Origin: the human T2T-CHM13v2.0 reference genome, Homo sapiens
NCBI RefSeq assembly: GCF_009914755.1
Contig: NC_060940.1
Direction: 5' to 3' (one strand)
DNA: 64,000 nucleotides
In this document: in pieces, positions 33,082-49,592 of the stretch
Position numbering within the stretch: the first letter of the stretch is position 1
Layout: each line of letters begins with the position of its first letter
Translations under genes and position numbers: made by a program
Notes under the pieces: model-generated
What the model was told of the DNA's origin: nothing
Database searches by the model: none
The model's input: only the letters and a program-made list of their open reading frames with translations

Positions 33082-34941
33082 GTTACTGTATATCTTCATA
33101 AAACTAATTTTGTAGGATCTGAGGGCTTTGTTCTCCAAGAGAACACTTGCTCCAATTCTCAGGTTTTCTTCTGTAGTTCTGTAATTTTACTTGAAGAGAA
33201 GAATGTCAAGAAAAGACATTAGTAATTAATAAATGCTGGTGGATGATCCCTCTAGCGTAAAACTGGAACATGGCACTGTTTTGTTATTGGTGCTATTAAA
33301 TCTGAATTATCACTTTAAAAACATATATGAAAAGCAGATATCAGGATTCAATTACTGCTTATTTCATGGAGAACCCGGGAAGAATAAACATATAAATGTG
33401 TTTTTAAATTTCTGTTTAATGCATATCACTGTTTCATGTGATAATGTGTGGATTCACATGCCCCAGCTTAGAAAGAAAAACAAACTCATCCAATCGTGCT
33501 TCTTGCTGTGTTCATTTGCACACTAGAGAATGATGACTTCTCTTTGTTAGAGCCACAAGTATATGTAAATTGAAGAGAATACATTTGTGACTGGATTATT
33601 TACAACCAATACATTGCTAGGTGATAAGCAATTCCACTGGGAGATCCATTGACTGTTGCTACCGAGTGGATTTCACAGAATGGCGACTGCAGACAAATGA
33701 CCTGTTTCCTCCCTGGTTGCTGGGATCCAGCATTCTGCCTAGAAACAAACCAGTTTCCATTGTTTGGGGTTAACCCTATTTACTAGTAATGATAATATTA
33801 TCCCTCATAACATTAAAGGTTTAACTATTGGTAGGCTTTTCATTTAACTGTATTTCAAGAAAGGGATATGCAATTTAAAGAAGTTTATTTTGAAATAGTT
33901 TCAAACTTAGAGAAAAATCACAAGGACTGCACTAATAACTCCTCCCACCCCCTTTGAAGGAATAATGATAATTATATAATAATGTGTTTTTAATTACTGG
34001 CAGGTATTTTATTTGGAGGCATTTCTGTGATTGGAACAGGAGTTGAGACGATGTCAAATGTATGATAACAAAGTAAATCCCTCAAATTGTCTCACAGTGA
34101 AAACGTTAACAACAATAACACTACTCTTAAATTCCTTCTTGTTTTCAATAGAAAGGGCCAGTAAGTGAAAGGGCCTTTACATTTTTGTTTTGGAACAGCT
34201 CTGCAATTTCATTTTGATTTCATATTTCTAGTAATAAAGCCTCTTCTGACTCCACATTCTTATTTCTGGGCAGACATTTTATTCTTCAGAATTGTAGTGA
34301 TGGACAAGAAGCTAAATTGGAATGACTACTGTATCAATGATTAATTTGATAATTATAACAATGTCCAAACATTTAGAAATTACAGTATTTCATCAGATGT
34401 ATTTTTAAAGAGGCACCTCTGTGAGAAGAACAGGTAGGCAGGCCAGCTTTCCCCTGGCTTATCACCCCTTTCCCTGGATTGTAGAGCATCCTTCACTCGG
34501 TCCCCTGTGAGAGGCCAGCAGGTTACTCTGCTCTCTGTGGGGTTTTTGTTTTTACCAGACTCTGCAATAACAGGCCCAGGTTTTGCAGCTCTGATGACTT
34601 TCTTTTTGGTGATGAAGCCACAGGGTATTAGCACCTCCTCGTGGCCATACATGTAATCTGACACTGTCCCTTGTAATAGTGATGATAATGACAGTGTTAG
34701 TGCCAAGCCACTTTAAAATGCTTTTAGTTCCTGGCAGATGTTTTATTTAGAGCGATTTCTCTGAACGTAAATGCCAGTTATGGAGGTTTTATATATTTTA
34801 ATTAAGTAAATATAAGGTATTATTTTAGTAAAGGAAGTAATAAATCAATATCTCCGACAACTTTAGAGCACTACTTCACAGGATGTATTTTTTCAGATAT
34901 ATTTTTGTAAAGAAGACAAAGAATGAAGATGGTTTTGACTT

Positions 34942-35887
34942 AAAAAAACTTTTATTTTAGGCTCGGGGCACATGTGCAGGCTTGTTATATAGGTAAACTG
35001 CGTGTCATGGGGGTTTGGGGTACAGATTATTTCATCACCCAAGTAATAAGCATAATATCCGATGGGTAGTGTTTTGATCCTCTCCTTCCTTCCACCCTCC
35101 ACCCTCAAGTAGGCCCATGTGTCTGTTGTTCCCCACTTTGTGCCCATGTGTTCTCCTTGGTTAATTCTCACTTGTAAGTGAGAACATGTGGCATTTGGTT
35201 TTCTGTTCCTGTATTAGTTTGTTTAGGATGATGGCCTCCAGCTCCATCCTTGTTGCTGCAAAGGATGTGATCTTGTTCTTTTTTATGAATGTGTGGTATC
35301 CCATGGTGTATATGTACCACATTTTCTTTATCCAGTGTACTGTTGATTGGCATTTAGGTTGATTCCATGTCTTTGCTATTGCGAATAGTGTTGCGATAAA
35401 CATACGTGTGCATGTGTCTTTATGGTAGAATGATTTCTATTTCTTTGGGTATGTACTCAATAATGGGGTTGTTGGGTCAATTGGTAATTCTGTTTTAAAT
35501 TCCTTGGGGAATCACCACATTGCTTTGCACAATGGCTGAATTAATTTACATTCCCACCAGCAGTGTATCAGCATTCCCCTTTCTCTGCAACCTTGCCAGC
35601 ATCTGTTATTTTTTGACTTTTTATTAAAAGCCCTTTCAACTGGTGTGAGATGGTATCTCATTGTGGTTTTGATTGCCATTTCTCTAATGATTAGTGATGT
35701 GGAGCATTTTTTCATATGCTTGTTGGCTGCAGTAAGTCCTCTTTTGAAAAGTGTCTGTTCATGTTCATTGCCCACTTTTTAATGGGGTATTTTTCTTGTA
35801 AATTTGTTTAAGTTCCTTATAGATGCTGGATATTAGACCTTTGTCGGATGCATAGTTTGCAAATATTTTTTCCCATTTTGTAGGCTG
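34942..35887 (-). mobile_element. 5'-truncated L1 (L1PA15/16-like)
   Basis: 3' UTR plus ORF2 C-terminus ([11 protein letters not shown]...KMWYIYTM); TSD ggttttgac at 34931-34939 and 35888-35896. Confidence 0.9.
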
Positions 35888-35992
35888 GGTTTTGACATAT
35901 TTTTAACTGACTAAATTCCTAGTGGTTACTATGATAATGTGACAATAATAAACTCTACCATGATATATTTTTTTATACTATTTTATTTGAGG

Positions 35993-36990
35993 AGGTTTAC
36001 ACATAATCCAGTCACTTGATTAGCCTGTTTAATTTAGATATACTTCATAGCTCTGCCAAAGAGGAGTTACCTTTCTGTAGTGTGTGAATGAGCACAGCAT
36101 GAGAGATGCTGGATGATAGTCCTTGAGTTAGATATTAAAACATACAAGATTATTTTTTTATGTGCCTCGAACATGTGAATCCACAACTTTCACTTGAATC
36201 ATTGAGGTAGGTTTGTCACACAGGTTAAGAAGCACATTTATATTTTCTTCCACTTCCTTGGTGCTCTATGAAATGAGCTGTAATATAATCTAAAATCAGC
36301 TTTTGGTATTATAATATTGTTTGAAATTTGATAATTCAGGTCTAGTTAACACTGATAAAATAGTTCCATGTTCCAATTTTATGCTAGAAGGATCATTTTC
36401 TGGCATCTAGTAATTACTAATGTGTTTTTCAGGGTCATTCTTTTTAAGTAAAATTAAAGAGGTAGAGCACAAAAACTGGAAAATAGAAGGAAGTTGTGCC
36501 CTCCTGGAGGAAGAAAAAAGCTCTCAGTTCCCCAAAATCTGTGGCAAAATCAGTTTCATGAGGACCCATTGTATATCCATGAAGACCTTTTTATGTAGGA
36601 GAGGCAGCCCACTGTGTACACATGTCTCCTGGTGAATCCAATGTGCATAGTTTCAGCTGACTTTGTTCCATCAAGTATGATTTAAACATTTATTTTCAGA
36701 GTGAGAGCCAAAGTCATTTTGCTCCAGATTGAAGTATAGTACTTTTTCAGTTCCATAAATGTTTCATATGAAATATTTTTTAGGATAAAAATTTCTATTT
36801 TATGTGAGTTTAACTTGCTCTTCAGAATAGTCTCAAATGTGCTATAGGATAGTGGCACATGGATGTAGGGGTCACTGCTCAGTCTTTCCTACTCCTTTGT
36901 CCTCTCTAAGTTGGCATCTGGTACTGAAGGACTTTCAGCATTTCCGAGCTCTGAGCGCCATAGGGCTGATATTTAAGAAGCTTTTGGGAC
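35993..36990 (-). repeat. Right arm of ancient inverted duplication
   Basis: Reverse complement matches 31852-33607, e.g. tgaaaataaatgtttaaa and ttagtaatta...tgatcc.tctagc.taaaa.tggaacatgg. Confidence 0.85.
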
Positions 36991-37944
36991 TCAGTTTGTT
37001 GATGTGGAGTGGGAGAAGTAGCAGTGAGTGGAGGAGAGTGGAGGAGAACGGAGGAAAGTGACATCTATTCTTAATGGAGGGGAGGGTCAGGTCAGACATC
37101 AGGAGATACCAGGGAGGGAGTAGCCCTAAGGGGAATTGTTTTGGGTTCCCCAGCTGCCTGGATACTGGCTCTTCCCTCTCTTCTACTCCTTTCCCAGTCA
37201 GGTTCACTGTGATTGAATTTTTTTCGGACAGGTTTTAGTTTTATTTCTCTTTTACCCTAGACCCAGATTTGAGAGCTGGCACTATCATGACCCTGGCAGA
37301 TTGTTTTTCTATTCTCCTTTTTATTGAAGCGTCCAACTATTAAGTTTGAATAGTCTCTTCCTTTAATTCGGTGTATTTTTGCTTCATGCATTTTGGGGCT
37401 GTGTTGTTAGGTACATACACTTTAATTATTTTTATATCTTCTTGATTAACTGACACTTTTATAATTATAAAATATCCTTCTTTGCCCTAATAATAATTTT
37501 TATCTTAAAATATTTTGTCAATTTTGCCTGGCATTAATATAGCTACTCCAGCTCTTCTGGTTATTGCTGGTGTATCTTTTCCATCCTTTTATGTTCCATT
37601 TATTTGTGTCTTTAAATCTTAAGTGTCTATTGTAAATAGCATATAATTGTGCTGTGTTTAAAAAAATCCATTCTCCAAATCTCTTCCTTCTAGTTTGACA
37701 GTTTGATCCACTTACTTTAATATAATTACTGATAAGATAGAATTATTTTTTGCTATTGTGCTATTTGTTTTCTATATGTATTATGTCCATTGTATTCCTC
37801 AATTCCTTGATTCTTGAATGCTTTTGTGTTAAATAGATATTTTATAGTGTAACATTTTAATTACCTTTCATTTCTCTTAAAATATATAATTTTAGTTATT
37901 TTATTAGTGGTTGCCCATGGTATTATAATTAATATTTTAAAGTT

Positions 37945-38272
<328 letters not shown>

Positions 38273-38351
38273 TAATTTTAGTAGTATACAAAAGTTTGCT
38301 CCAATGTAACTCTGTTTTCTTCCTTTTCTTTTTACAATTTATTCTTATATA

Positions 38352-38476
38352 TGTTTTTAAGAGATGGGGTCTTGCTGTATTGCCCAGGCTGGTCTTGAAT
38401 TCCTGGGCTCAAGTGATCCTCCTGCTTCAGTCTCCCAAAGTGCTGAGATTACAGGCATGAGCTACCATGCCCAGCC
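38352..38476 (-). mobile_element. FLAM / Alu left monomer
   Basis: Single antisense left arm. Confidence 0.8.
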
Positions 38477-39676
38477 TACCTGCCTTCTTTATGCTGTTAT
38501 TTTTACAAATTAGATCTTTATTGCTTGTGTACCCATCAACATAGACTTATAATTACTGGTTTATGTAGTTGTCTTTTAAATCAGATAGAAGAAAAGAAAA
38601 TAACTATAAACAAAAATCATTTATGCTGTCTTTTATATTTAACCATATAGTTAACATTTACCAGTACTCTTTATTTCTTCATTTGGGTTTGAATTACTGC
38701 CAAATAACTTTCATCTAGGCCTAAAAGAACTCCTTTAGTATTTCTTGCAGGACAGCTGTGCTAGCAATGAATTCTCTTGGTTTTTTAAAAAAAATCTGGA
38801 GATGTCTTAATTTCCCCTTCAATTTTGGAGTATAGTATTGCTCTATATAGACTCCTTGATTGACAGTCTTTTACTTTCACTGCTTTGAATATGTCATCCT
38901 ATTGTCTTATGTTCTCTTTTCCTTGATTTCTAATGGGAAACAGCTATTAATATTACTGAGAAGCCATTGTATATGAATCATGTCTTACTTGCTGATACCA
39001 AGTTTTTTCATCTTCATTCTTTAAGAGGTTGATTATGTTGTATTGAGGTATGAATCTTTTTAGTTTATTACACTTGAAGTTCATGTGTGCAAACCAATAT
39101 TTTTCAACAAATTTGGGAAGTTTACAAGCATTATTTCTTCAAATATTGGTTCTTGACATTTCTCTCCTCTCCTTCTGGGTCTCCCATTACATATATATTG
39201 GTACTTTCAGTAATTTCCCACAGGTCTCTGAAACTCTGTTCATTTTTCTTTGTTCTTTTTCTTTTCTGTTCCTCAGACTGGATAATTTCAATTGACCAAT
39301 TTTGAAATTTGTTGATTTTTTATGTCTTTTCATATCTGTTACTGAGAACCTGTAGTGAATTTTTCTTTTCTGTTATTAAGCTTTTCAATTTTATAACTTT
39401 TATTTTAAAGTTGAATTTTATAATTTCCATCTCTTTATTGATGTTTTCTGTTTGGTTAGACATTGTTCTCATACTTCTTTAGGCACACTCTCCTTTTGGT
39501 CTTTGGGCATATTTAGACTAAATGATTTAAAGTCTTTTCTAGTAAGTCCAATATCTGGGCTTCCTTTAGGACAAATTCTATTGATTGTTTATTTTTATGT
39601 ATGTGTGTTGGCAGTACTTTATTTCTTTGCATGACTTATAATTTTTTACATTATTGAAACCTGGACATTTTAATAG

Positions 39677-40081
<405 letters not shown>

Positions 40082-40675
40082 CTTACTTACATTTCTAAGG
40101 CAATTCAGTAAAGTTTGTATTCTTTGTCATGTATGGGCATTGATGCCACTACTCAGTTAGCTTAGTGGTTAGCTAGTAATTAGACAGGTTTCCTTAGAGG
40201 TCTGGAATCAATAAATCTTTCATTTGCTGAAGGGCTCTCTGTGCATGTTGGGTCATGTCCTCAAAACTTAGGCAGCTTGTAACTCCATCTAAGCCTTTTC
40301 TTACTGCCTACATAGATCCTCAAGGTAAGCAGAGATGAGAGCTGAGGGCCTTTCCAGGTCTTCCCTGAGCTTGTGTACTATCCTGGGAGTACACATGGTC
40401 ATTTAGATCCCTGAGATTTTGTCAGAGCCTTCTGATGTCCTTCTAGACATCTTATTTTCAAACTTCTATTTTATTTTCAAGGTTTTTGGTTAGTCCTTTG
40501 TTTGCCTCAGCTGTTGTTAATCTCCTCAGGCAGCCACAAAGTTAAAACACTTGCCTGTAATTGTCTCCAAAAATAACATCACCTGACAGAAATCCTCTGA
40601 AGTGAGTGAGCTCCAAGGCAGCCTCTTAATGAGTTTTTCAAGAGAACCACCAGACAAATAAGAAATGATAATATT

Positions 40676-41087
<412 letters not shown>

Positions 41088-41392
41088 CTAGAGAGTGGGG
41101 GGTGGGACCAGGGAAAGTTAAAATGTCACAAAGCTAACTTTTCTTACAGCCATCCAGCCATTTTTCTTGAGTAAACTCTCCCCAGGTCATGGGAAGCTTT
41201 TAATTCTTTTTTTTTTTAAATTTCTACATCCACTTCAGTCACACAAAATCTTTTGATTCATTTCTGGAGATCTGAAAAAGGTAATTCTGACCATTTAAAT
41301 AATTTTTTCATTGCTTTTATGGAAGGGTGAATTTTTGAGGGTCCCTGCTCTGCCATTTTTGCTGATGTTACCACCATCAAGATTTTCTTCAG

Positions 41393-41607
41393 CAGGGGTC
41401 TGCAAATCTTTCCTAGAAAGGTACCAATTGTAAATGCTTTAGGTATTGTGCTTCAGATTGTGTTTGTCACAGCTACTCAACACTGCCATTGTAGTACAAA
41501 AATAGCCATTGTAAGTATATAAATAAATGGCTGTGTTTCAATAAAACATTATGTATAGAAAAGTCACAGACTGGATTTGGCCCAAGGATCATATTTTGCC
41601 AACCCCT
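41393..41607 (+). mobile_element. MER58-like hAT-Charlie MITE
   Basis: TIR-like caggggtctgcaaa...tttgccaacccct; ctactcaacactgccattgtag core. Confidence 0.8.
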
Positions 41608-42675
41608 CTTTTTAAAGATAAAAAACAACCTTAGAATCCTTCTCAGACCACACTGCTCTTTAGTCATCTTCTTTCTGTTCTCACAGAGGTTGTTTTTCTT
41701 CCAACTGAGATACACTAAGATGTTTAAACATTTAAGACATATTTAATTCTGCATTTTTACTATAATTCAGAAAATTTGTTTTTGTTGCTTTCAATTTTTA
41801 TTTACATTTCCCCCCTGAATTTACATTATTACTGCAACCAGAGAACCAAATCAAAATAAATTGATTCATTATCCTCCAGAATATGGGTTATGTATTAGAT
41901 TCCAAAGGAAGTAAAACAAGTTTAAAATATACAAAGTTTCAATTAACTTTATTTTTGTAGAGTGTAGAACACTGTCTTACTTACATAAACTATCCAGTGG
42001 TTAAAAAAAGGTGCTGATCAGGAAATGGAGAGTGAATGGGAGCATTAATGGGAATATGTAGAAAGAAATCTTACACTAAATAAAATATCCAATAGAAGCT
42101 TTGATTGGAGACCACAAGAGGCCATATATCTTTTGAGTCAAAGAGAAAACTCTTGGGGTTAAAAAGAATACAGTTAATTTCTATATCACTGATATATAGT
42201 AGATTACCAAAAAAGGTAATGCAGAGTGAAAAATAAATTCTAATAGAATCCCAGTGAACTGTAAGGTAGGAGGTATCTTATCTCTAGGTAGGTAGCTGCT
42301 TACCAGGTATATTTTGATGACTACTAAGAAGAGCCTGTAGATGTCCTTCTACTTCAGCTCTTCCTGTGATTTCATAAATACTTATTTCACAGGCCTTTTC
42401 CTGATGAGTAAAATAATGCAATATATGTGTAATTTTTTGCTGTCTATGATCATCTTCTTCCTGATTCCTAGTTTGATTTAGACTTCCAAGAAGTTAGAAT
42501 GTACAAGACGTTGGGTCCCAGTAGAAAGAAAATGACAGATGTAAGTAATGGTGAAAAAAAGGGAAGTAAAATGACATTAGAGGAAGATAATCCCATATCA
42601 CAATTTTGCCTGTGGTCCTTCTAGTAGTTGAATTTCTTTGTCTCTTAGGTTTGCATTTGCTATCCTTGTCACTAT

Positions 42676-42747
42676 CTTCTTCTCCTTCTCCTCCTCTTCT
42701 TCTTCCTCCTCCTCTTCTTCTTCTTCTGAAAGAAAGAAAGAAAGAAA
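42676..42747. repeat. (TTC/TCC)n followed by (GAAA)n simple repeats
   Basis: Directly visible. Confidence 0.9.
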
Positions 42748-42749
42748 CA

Positions 42750-43480
42750 TGGCTATATAGTGTTGGAGCAGCCCTTCCACTGAAAACAACTATAAAAGAA
42801 GGAAGAACTATGAGTTTTTGATGGGATAGCAGAGCTACCAAAGCAGCAAAGATTTGATGAAACAAATTCCCAGAAAGAAGGTAATCCTAGGATTTGAGCT
42901 CAATATTTGGCATAACTTATATCTTCAACGCATTTGCTGATAGAGAAAGCAGGAGCTGGAGATTTCAGCTGAAAACCAGAGCAGAAAGCAGTAGCCAGCA
43001 TCCGAGCAGAACATTTGCCAGTTTCACAAAACTGGAGAGATGAATATTGAAGATCACAGCTAGACAAAGACTACAAATAATGTAAAGTCTTTAATAGTCT
43101 TTAACAAACAATGTAAAGACTTTACAAATAATGTAAAATGTTCAAGAAATTAAATGATCAAATAGAACATTTAAACAGGAACTGGAATTTTTATTCCAGT
43201 AATTGGATTTTTTATTCAATCCAATAAAAAGGATTGAATGCCAAGTCTAGAACTGAAATATGCAGTAACTGAATATTAAAAATTCAATGGATGAATTTAA
43301 CAACAGATTAGATGTAGCTGAAATGAGAAAATTAGCAATTTGGAGGATAAATCTAAGAAATATACCAATAGAGAAAGGAAGAGGCAAAGTAATGGAAGAT
43401 AAAAGACCAAAGAGAGAATGAAAGGTCTAACATATATGTTATTATAATCCTTGAAAAAGAGGAGAGAAACCATAAAAAAG
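42750..43480 (+). mobile_element. Old L1 5'/ORF1 remnant
   Basis: aattcaatggatgaatttaacaacagattagatgtagctgaa, resembling L1 ORF1 coiled-coil region. Confidence 0.6.
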
Positions 43481-43776
43481 AAAGAAATCTTGTATCTGAA
43501 AATCTACATGCTGCTACTATCAAGTTATTTGTTTGTAAGTGTATTACTCTTAAGCTTTAGAGCACTTTACACAAGTTTTATAATACCTTCCAATATTTAA
43601 ATTTTTAGTATTTTAATGTTAAGTAGATTTTTGTCTTTAACCTATTCTAATTATTTATAGTAGATTAAAAATAATTGCATAATGAAAATATATTGTTTTA
43701 CATTGAAAAGTCATGGATAATTAAAAAGAATTATAAATTAAACACTAAAATTATTAAAATGCAAAAGTTTCTTCCT

Positions 43777-44237
43777 TTTTAATTTTTTTTTCTGAGACAG
43801 GGTCTTATTCTGTTGCCCACGCTGGAGGAGTGCAGTGGTCCTATCATGGCTGACTACAGCCTTGACCTTCTGGGCTCAAGTGATCCTCCCATCTCAGCCT
43901 CTTGAGTAGCTGGAACCACTGGCACATGCCACCATGCCCAGCTAACATTTGTTTTTTTTCATACAGATGGGGTTTTGCTATGTTGTCCAGGCTGGTCTCA
44001 AACTCCTGAGCTCAATTGTCCCACCTTGGCCTTCCTAAGTACTGGGATTACAGGTGTGTGCCACCACACCCAGACATTTTTAAAAAATTAAATTAAATTT
44101 ATTATTTTTTTTTGGTAGAGATGGGGTTCTCACTTTGTTGCCCAGGCTGGTTTTGAACTCCTGACCTCAAGTGATCCTCCTGCTTTGGCCTCCCAAAGTG
44201 TTGGAATTACAGGCATGAGCCACCAATCCAGGCCCAG
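43777..44237 (-). mobile_element. AluJ plus adjacent Alu left monomer
   Basis: Dimer 43777-44075 then a second left arm 44100-44237. Confidence 0.85.
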
Positions 44238-47176
44238 GCAAAAGTTTCTAAATAAAATTTGGCTACATTTTATGTCTGAGTACGTAGAGTTTTGTTGCTG
44301 CTGTTGTCATCCATGGTGGGGGGTTAACAACTCACAAAAACTACTACTTATAAAATTATCAGCTATACAATTATTGGACAAAATATATTATTTCACTCTA
44401 TACATAAACAATTCATTAGAACTTGAAGGAATTGTAGAATATGGAAGAGATGCTTCTGCTGAAATAAGGAGAATGTGAAATACCTCCTCATGGAATGCTG
44501 TCATTTTCACTTATCAGTTCCAAATATTAGGAAAGAAAACTCTGAGTAGATTATAGTCTGATACATAATGGCATAATGATAGCTGTTAAATAAAGAAACC
44601 ACATGTAATTATCAAATTTTGCATGAGTCAGTTGCTTTTCAGTCTCACTAGAGCTGAAATAAAAGTATTTTAAGTCTCTTTCATTTCCCATTTTGACCCT
44701 GGGATGTACTCATTTGCCCGGCAAGAAAATTTCCCCTAAATGACTCTAAATGGAGAGATGAGGGACAAAGGGAAAGCAAATACAAAGATATATAACAAAT
44801 AGCTTGGATTATACATGAAATAATTAACAAGCCAATGTTCCCCAGAACTGGCAATCCACTCACAGAACAAGAATTCACATGTGCATTTGACAAATAATAC
44901 AACCAATTATGCGTAAGTCTGTGCTAGATCCATTTAGACTCACAGATACAGGCATTTAATGAAATGTGGAAGATATTAGTTGTAACTTCTATCCAAAGCC
45001 TAAATCCTGTGGAATATTCCAGGCCCATGGGTAATGGGAATCTACTTGAAAGCATCCAGTGATCAGAAACACACTAGCTCACTTTCAGATGGAGTTATTT
45101 TTGCAAAGTTAGAGATAGTGTAATAATACATGCCTCCCTGAAATTTTCAAATGTTGGTCTTTGTTTTCTTTCATGAAGCTATGCAAAAATTGTATAGTTC
45201 CTATTTAAAATAGCATACTTTCTGAGATCTGTAAACAGATATCATGATCTTAAGTCTTGCTTTCTCTAGGCCAAATATATTTGCTTTTAAAAATTAATAT
45301 TCATATAATTCAGTTTTTGGGCAGTTCAATATCTGGCTAACTTTATCCTAGATTCATCCAAGTTTGTCAGCATCATTTGTAAAACAAAGTGCTGACATTT
45401 AAACACAATACTCTGTCCAGTTTTATTTCTCTTTCTCCAACTAGATGATAAGATCCTAAAGGAATTGGAGGAGAGGAGACTCCTTGTAATGAACAGAATT
45501 AATGAGAATCTGGAAGATCTTGGTAGTAAATTAATGAAGGTCTATGTATTTTTCTCTCAAAATGAAGAAATAAAAATATCAGAAATTTAAACAAAGAAAC
45601 TGCTTACTTAGTTTATTATCAAAATAAGAATATAGTATAATGTGGCATAATTTTGAATAATCTATGGAGAGGAAGAGTAGAAGCTCCATTTGATTAGATT
45701 CTAAGAACGTTCCCCATCAAGGGAGTGTGTTGGACTTCTGAGAAGGAAATCTAATTATAGCACACTGTGGCTCTTGAGAAAATTATACTTACATAGTTAT
45801 TTTTAAAATTAAGTATGTTTCTTGTGGTTTCAATGAGGTTGAAGTGATGTTTTTCAATCAAAACTAATTTTTTTACCTGTGTATAAGCAAACAAGATTCA
45901 ATTATAGCTACTTAATGCAAATATCATTTACTGTGTTGATAGACAAGCAAAATTCTACTTGAGAGAAGCTGGGAGGTTGAGGAGGGAGTTGCTGAATTAA
46001 AGAAAACGATAGGGTTGTTAATATCTTAATTTTGCATAATGGGGAATAAAGATATATTGTCTGAAGTTAACAGAATAATGACTGTGAGGTATATCTTCTA
46101 TTTATCAAACTGGTAAGGCAATAGTTATATAAATTTCTCAATCTATAAATAATATAATATAAAATATAAATGTTATATATATTAAATAATATATACAATA
46201 TTTTTATTATAAATATAATAATATTTATAATATGGGGTATGTTTCTGATGAAGAGAACTGGGAGCAGGCAGATCTATTATCACAGGACTGTGTATTATTT
46301 GTATATTTTTTGGTATACTTGTAGTACTTGATAAAATTATATAACATTAAATGAAAAATACACAAATGATTTCAAAACCTAATCAGTTCTGGTTCCAAAA
46401 TGGCAGTGTAGAAGCAAGCTGGCTTCACATCCCTACCCAGAAAACAAAAAATAAATATACAGTGCTGAGATTATCACCAGCAATATCCCAGAATTCATAT
46501 ATGGGAATGAGACAGTTCCCAGGTCCATGGAGAAGTGGAAAAAATCTGAGTATACAGTAAGATAATTGGACTTCCATATCCACAACACCCTTCCCTCTAA
46601 TCTGTCTACCACCAAGCCATGCAGGAAATTTCCCCTTGATTCAGGGTTTCTGCACTGGAAAAAGTGAGGTCAAGATGGACCACCAGCTTCCACACCACCT
46701 TGATTCACTGGCAGGATAACATAGTGACATAGTGAGACCCAGTTTCTTAGACATAGTGAGACCCAATTTCATAGGGCCATAAAGACCTAGTAACACAGTG
46801 ACAGTGAGACTCAGTTTCTAAGACAAATAACCCTCACAAAAAACCCCCAAAATATAGAAAATCAACAAAATGGAAAGTTGGAAAGAAAGTTTTAAAAGAT
46901 ACATAAAATTGACAAACATTTAGCTAGACTAAGAAAAAAAGAGAGAAGACCCAAATAAATAAAACTAGGAACAACAAAAGGAGACATAACAACTGAGGCT
47001 ACAGAAATATAAAGAATCATTAGAGACAATTCTGAATGATATGCGAACAAATTGGAAAAATCTAAAAGAAATGGATAAATTCCTGACCCACCAAGACTGA
47101 ACCATGAAGAAATGGAAAACCTTAACAAACCAATGATAAGTAATGAGATCGAAGCCATAATAAAAAGTCTCCTATT

Positions 47177-47548
<372 letters not shown>

Positions 47549-47852
47549 TTAAAGAGTAACTAATACCACTTCTACTCAAACTCTTCAAAAAAATTGAAGT
47601 GGAGAGAACACTTCCAAACTCATTCTATGAGGTGGACATTAACCTGATACCAAAACCAGACAAGGACATGACAAAAAAAGAAAACTACAGGCCAATATCA
47701 CTGATGAATGTAGATATAAACATTCTCAACAAAATACTAGCAAACCAAATTCAACCACACATTAAAAAGATCATTCATCATGACCAAATGGGATTCATCC
47801 TATGGATGTAAGTATGGCTCAACATATGCAAATCAATAAACATGATACTTCA

Positions 47853-48299
<447 letters not shown>

Positions 48300-49199
48300 T
48301 CATGACAAAAGTCCTCAAAAAAACTGATTATAGAAGGAACATACCTCAAAATAATCAAGGGCATATGTGACAGACCCACAGCTAATGTACTGAATGGGGA
48401 AAAATTGAAAGCCTTTCCTTTAAGATCTGGAAGAAGACAGGGATGCTTACTTTCACCACTTTAATTCACCATAATACTGGAAGTCCTGGCTAGAGCAATC
48501 AGGCAAGAGAAAAAAATCGAGGGCATCCAAATTAGAAAAGAAGAAGTCAAATTAGCCTTATTCACAGATGACATGATCTTATATTTAGAAAAAACCAAAA
48601 GACTCCACTGAAAAAGTGTTAGAACTGATAAATGCATTCAGCATAGCTGCAGGATACAAAATCATACAAAACCAGGAGCATTTATGTATGACAACAGTGA
48701 GTAATCTGAAAAAGAAAATAAGAAAACAATTCCATTTACAATAGCTACAAAGAATATAAAATACCTAGGAATCAATTTAGTCAAGTGAAAGATCTATACA
48801 AGAAAAAGTATAAAAGAGTGATAGAAAAATTGAAGAGGACACAAAAAAGGAAGGAGAGTTCATGCTCATGGATTGGAAGAATTAATATTGTTAACATGGC
48901 AATACTACCCAAAGCCATTTACAGATTCAATGCAATCTCTATGAAAATATCAACGACATTCTTCACAGAAATAGAAAAAAACTGCTAAAATATACATAGA
49001 ACTACAAAAGACCCCGAATAGCCAAAGCAATCCTGATCAAAAAGAACAAAGCTAGAGGCATCATATTATCTGACTTCAAAATATACTAGAAAGCTATCTT
49101 AATAAAAACATCTTGGTACTGGAATAAAAACAGACACATGGAAGAATGGAACAGAATAGAGAATTCAGATATAACCCCATATATTTACAGCCAACTCAT

Positions 49200-49205
49200 T
49201 TTTTT

Positions 49206-49280
<75 letters not shown>

Positions 49281-49592
49281 CTTTCTTTCCTTTTTTTTTT
49301 CTTTTTTTAAATGAGACAGTCTCATTCTGTTGCCCAGACTGGAGTGCAGAGGGGTGATCTCGGCTCACTACAACCTCTGCCTTGTGGGTTCATGTGATTC
49401 TTGTGCCTCAGTCTCCTGAGTAGCTGGGACTACAGGCTTGTAACACCATGCCCGGCTAATTTTTGTATCATTAGTAGACATGGTGTTTTGTCATGTTGGC
49501 CAGGCTTGTCTTGAACTCCTGGCCTCATGCGATCCATCTGCCTTGGCCTCTCAAAGTGCTGGGATTACAGGTGTGAGACACCGCACCTGGCC
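49200..49592 (-). mobile_element. AluS with (TTTC)n-expanded tail
   Basis: (TTTC)n at ~49205-49290; TSD caactcatttt. Confidence 0.92.

Noticed and set aside
42494-42865. Poly-Glu / poly-Arg ORFs
   Set aside because: Translations of (TTC/TCC)n simple repeats.
46700-46860. Spliced L1 (SpIRE) or CRISPR-like array explanation for the repeated units
   Set aside because: The junction has ~130 bp of filler rather than a clean splice join; units are adjacent without regular unique spacers and there are no cas genes in this primate DNA.
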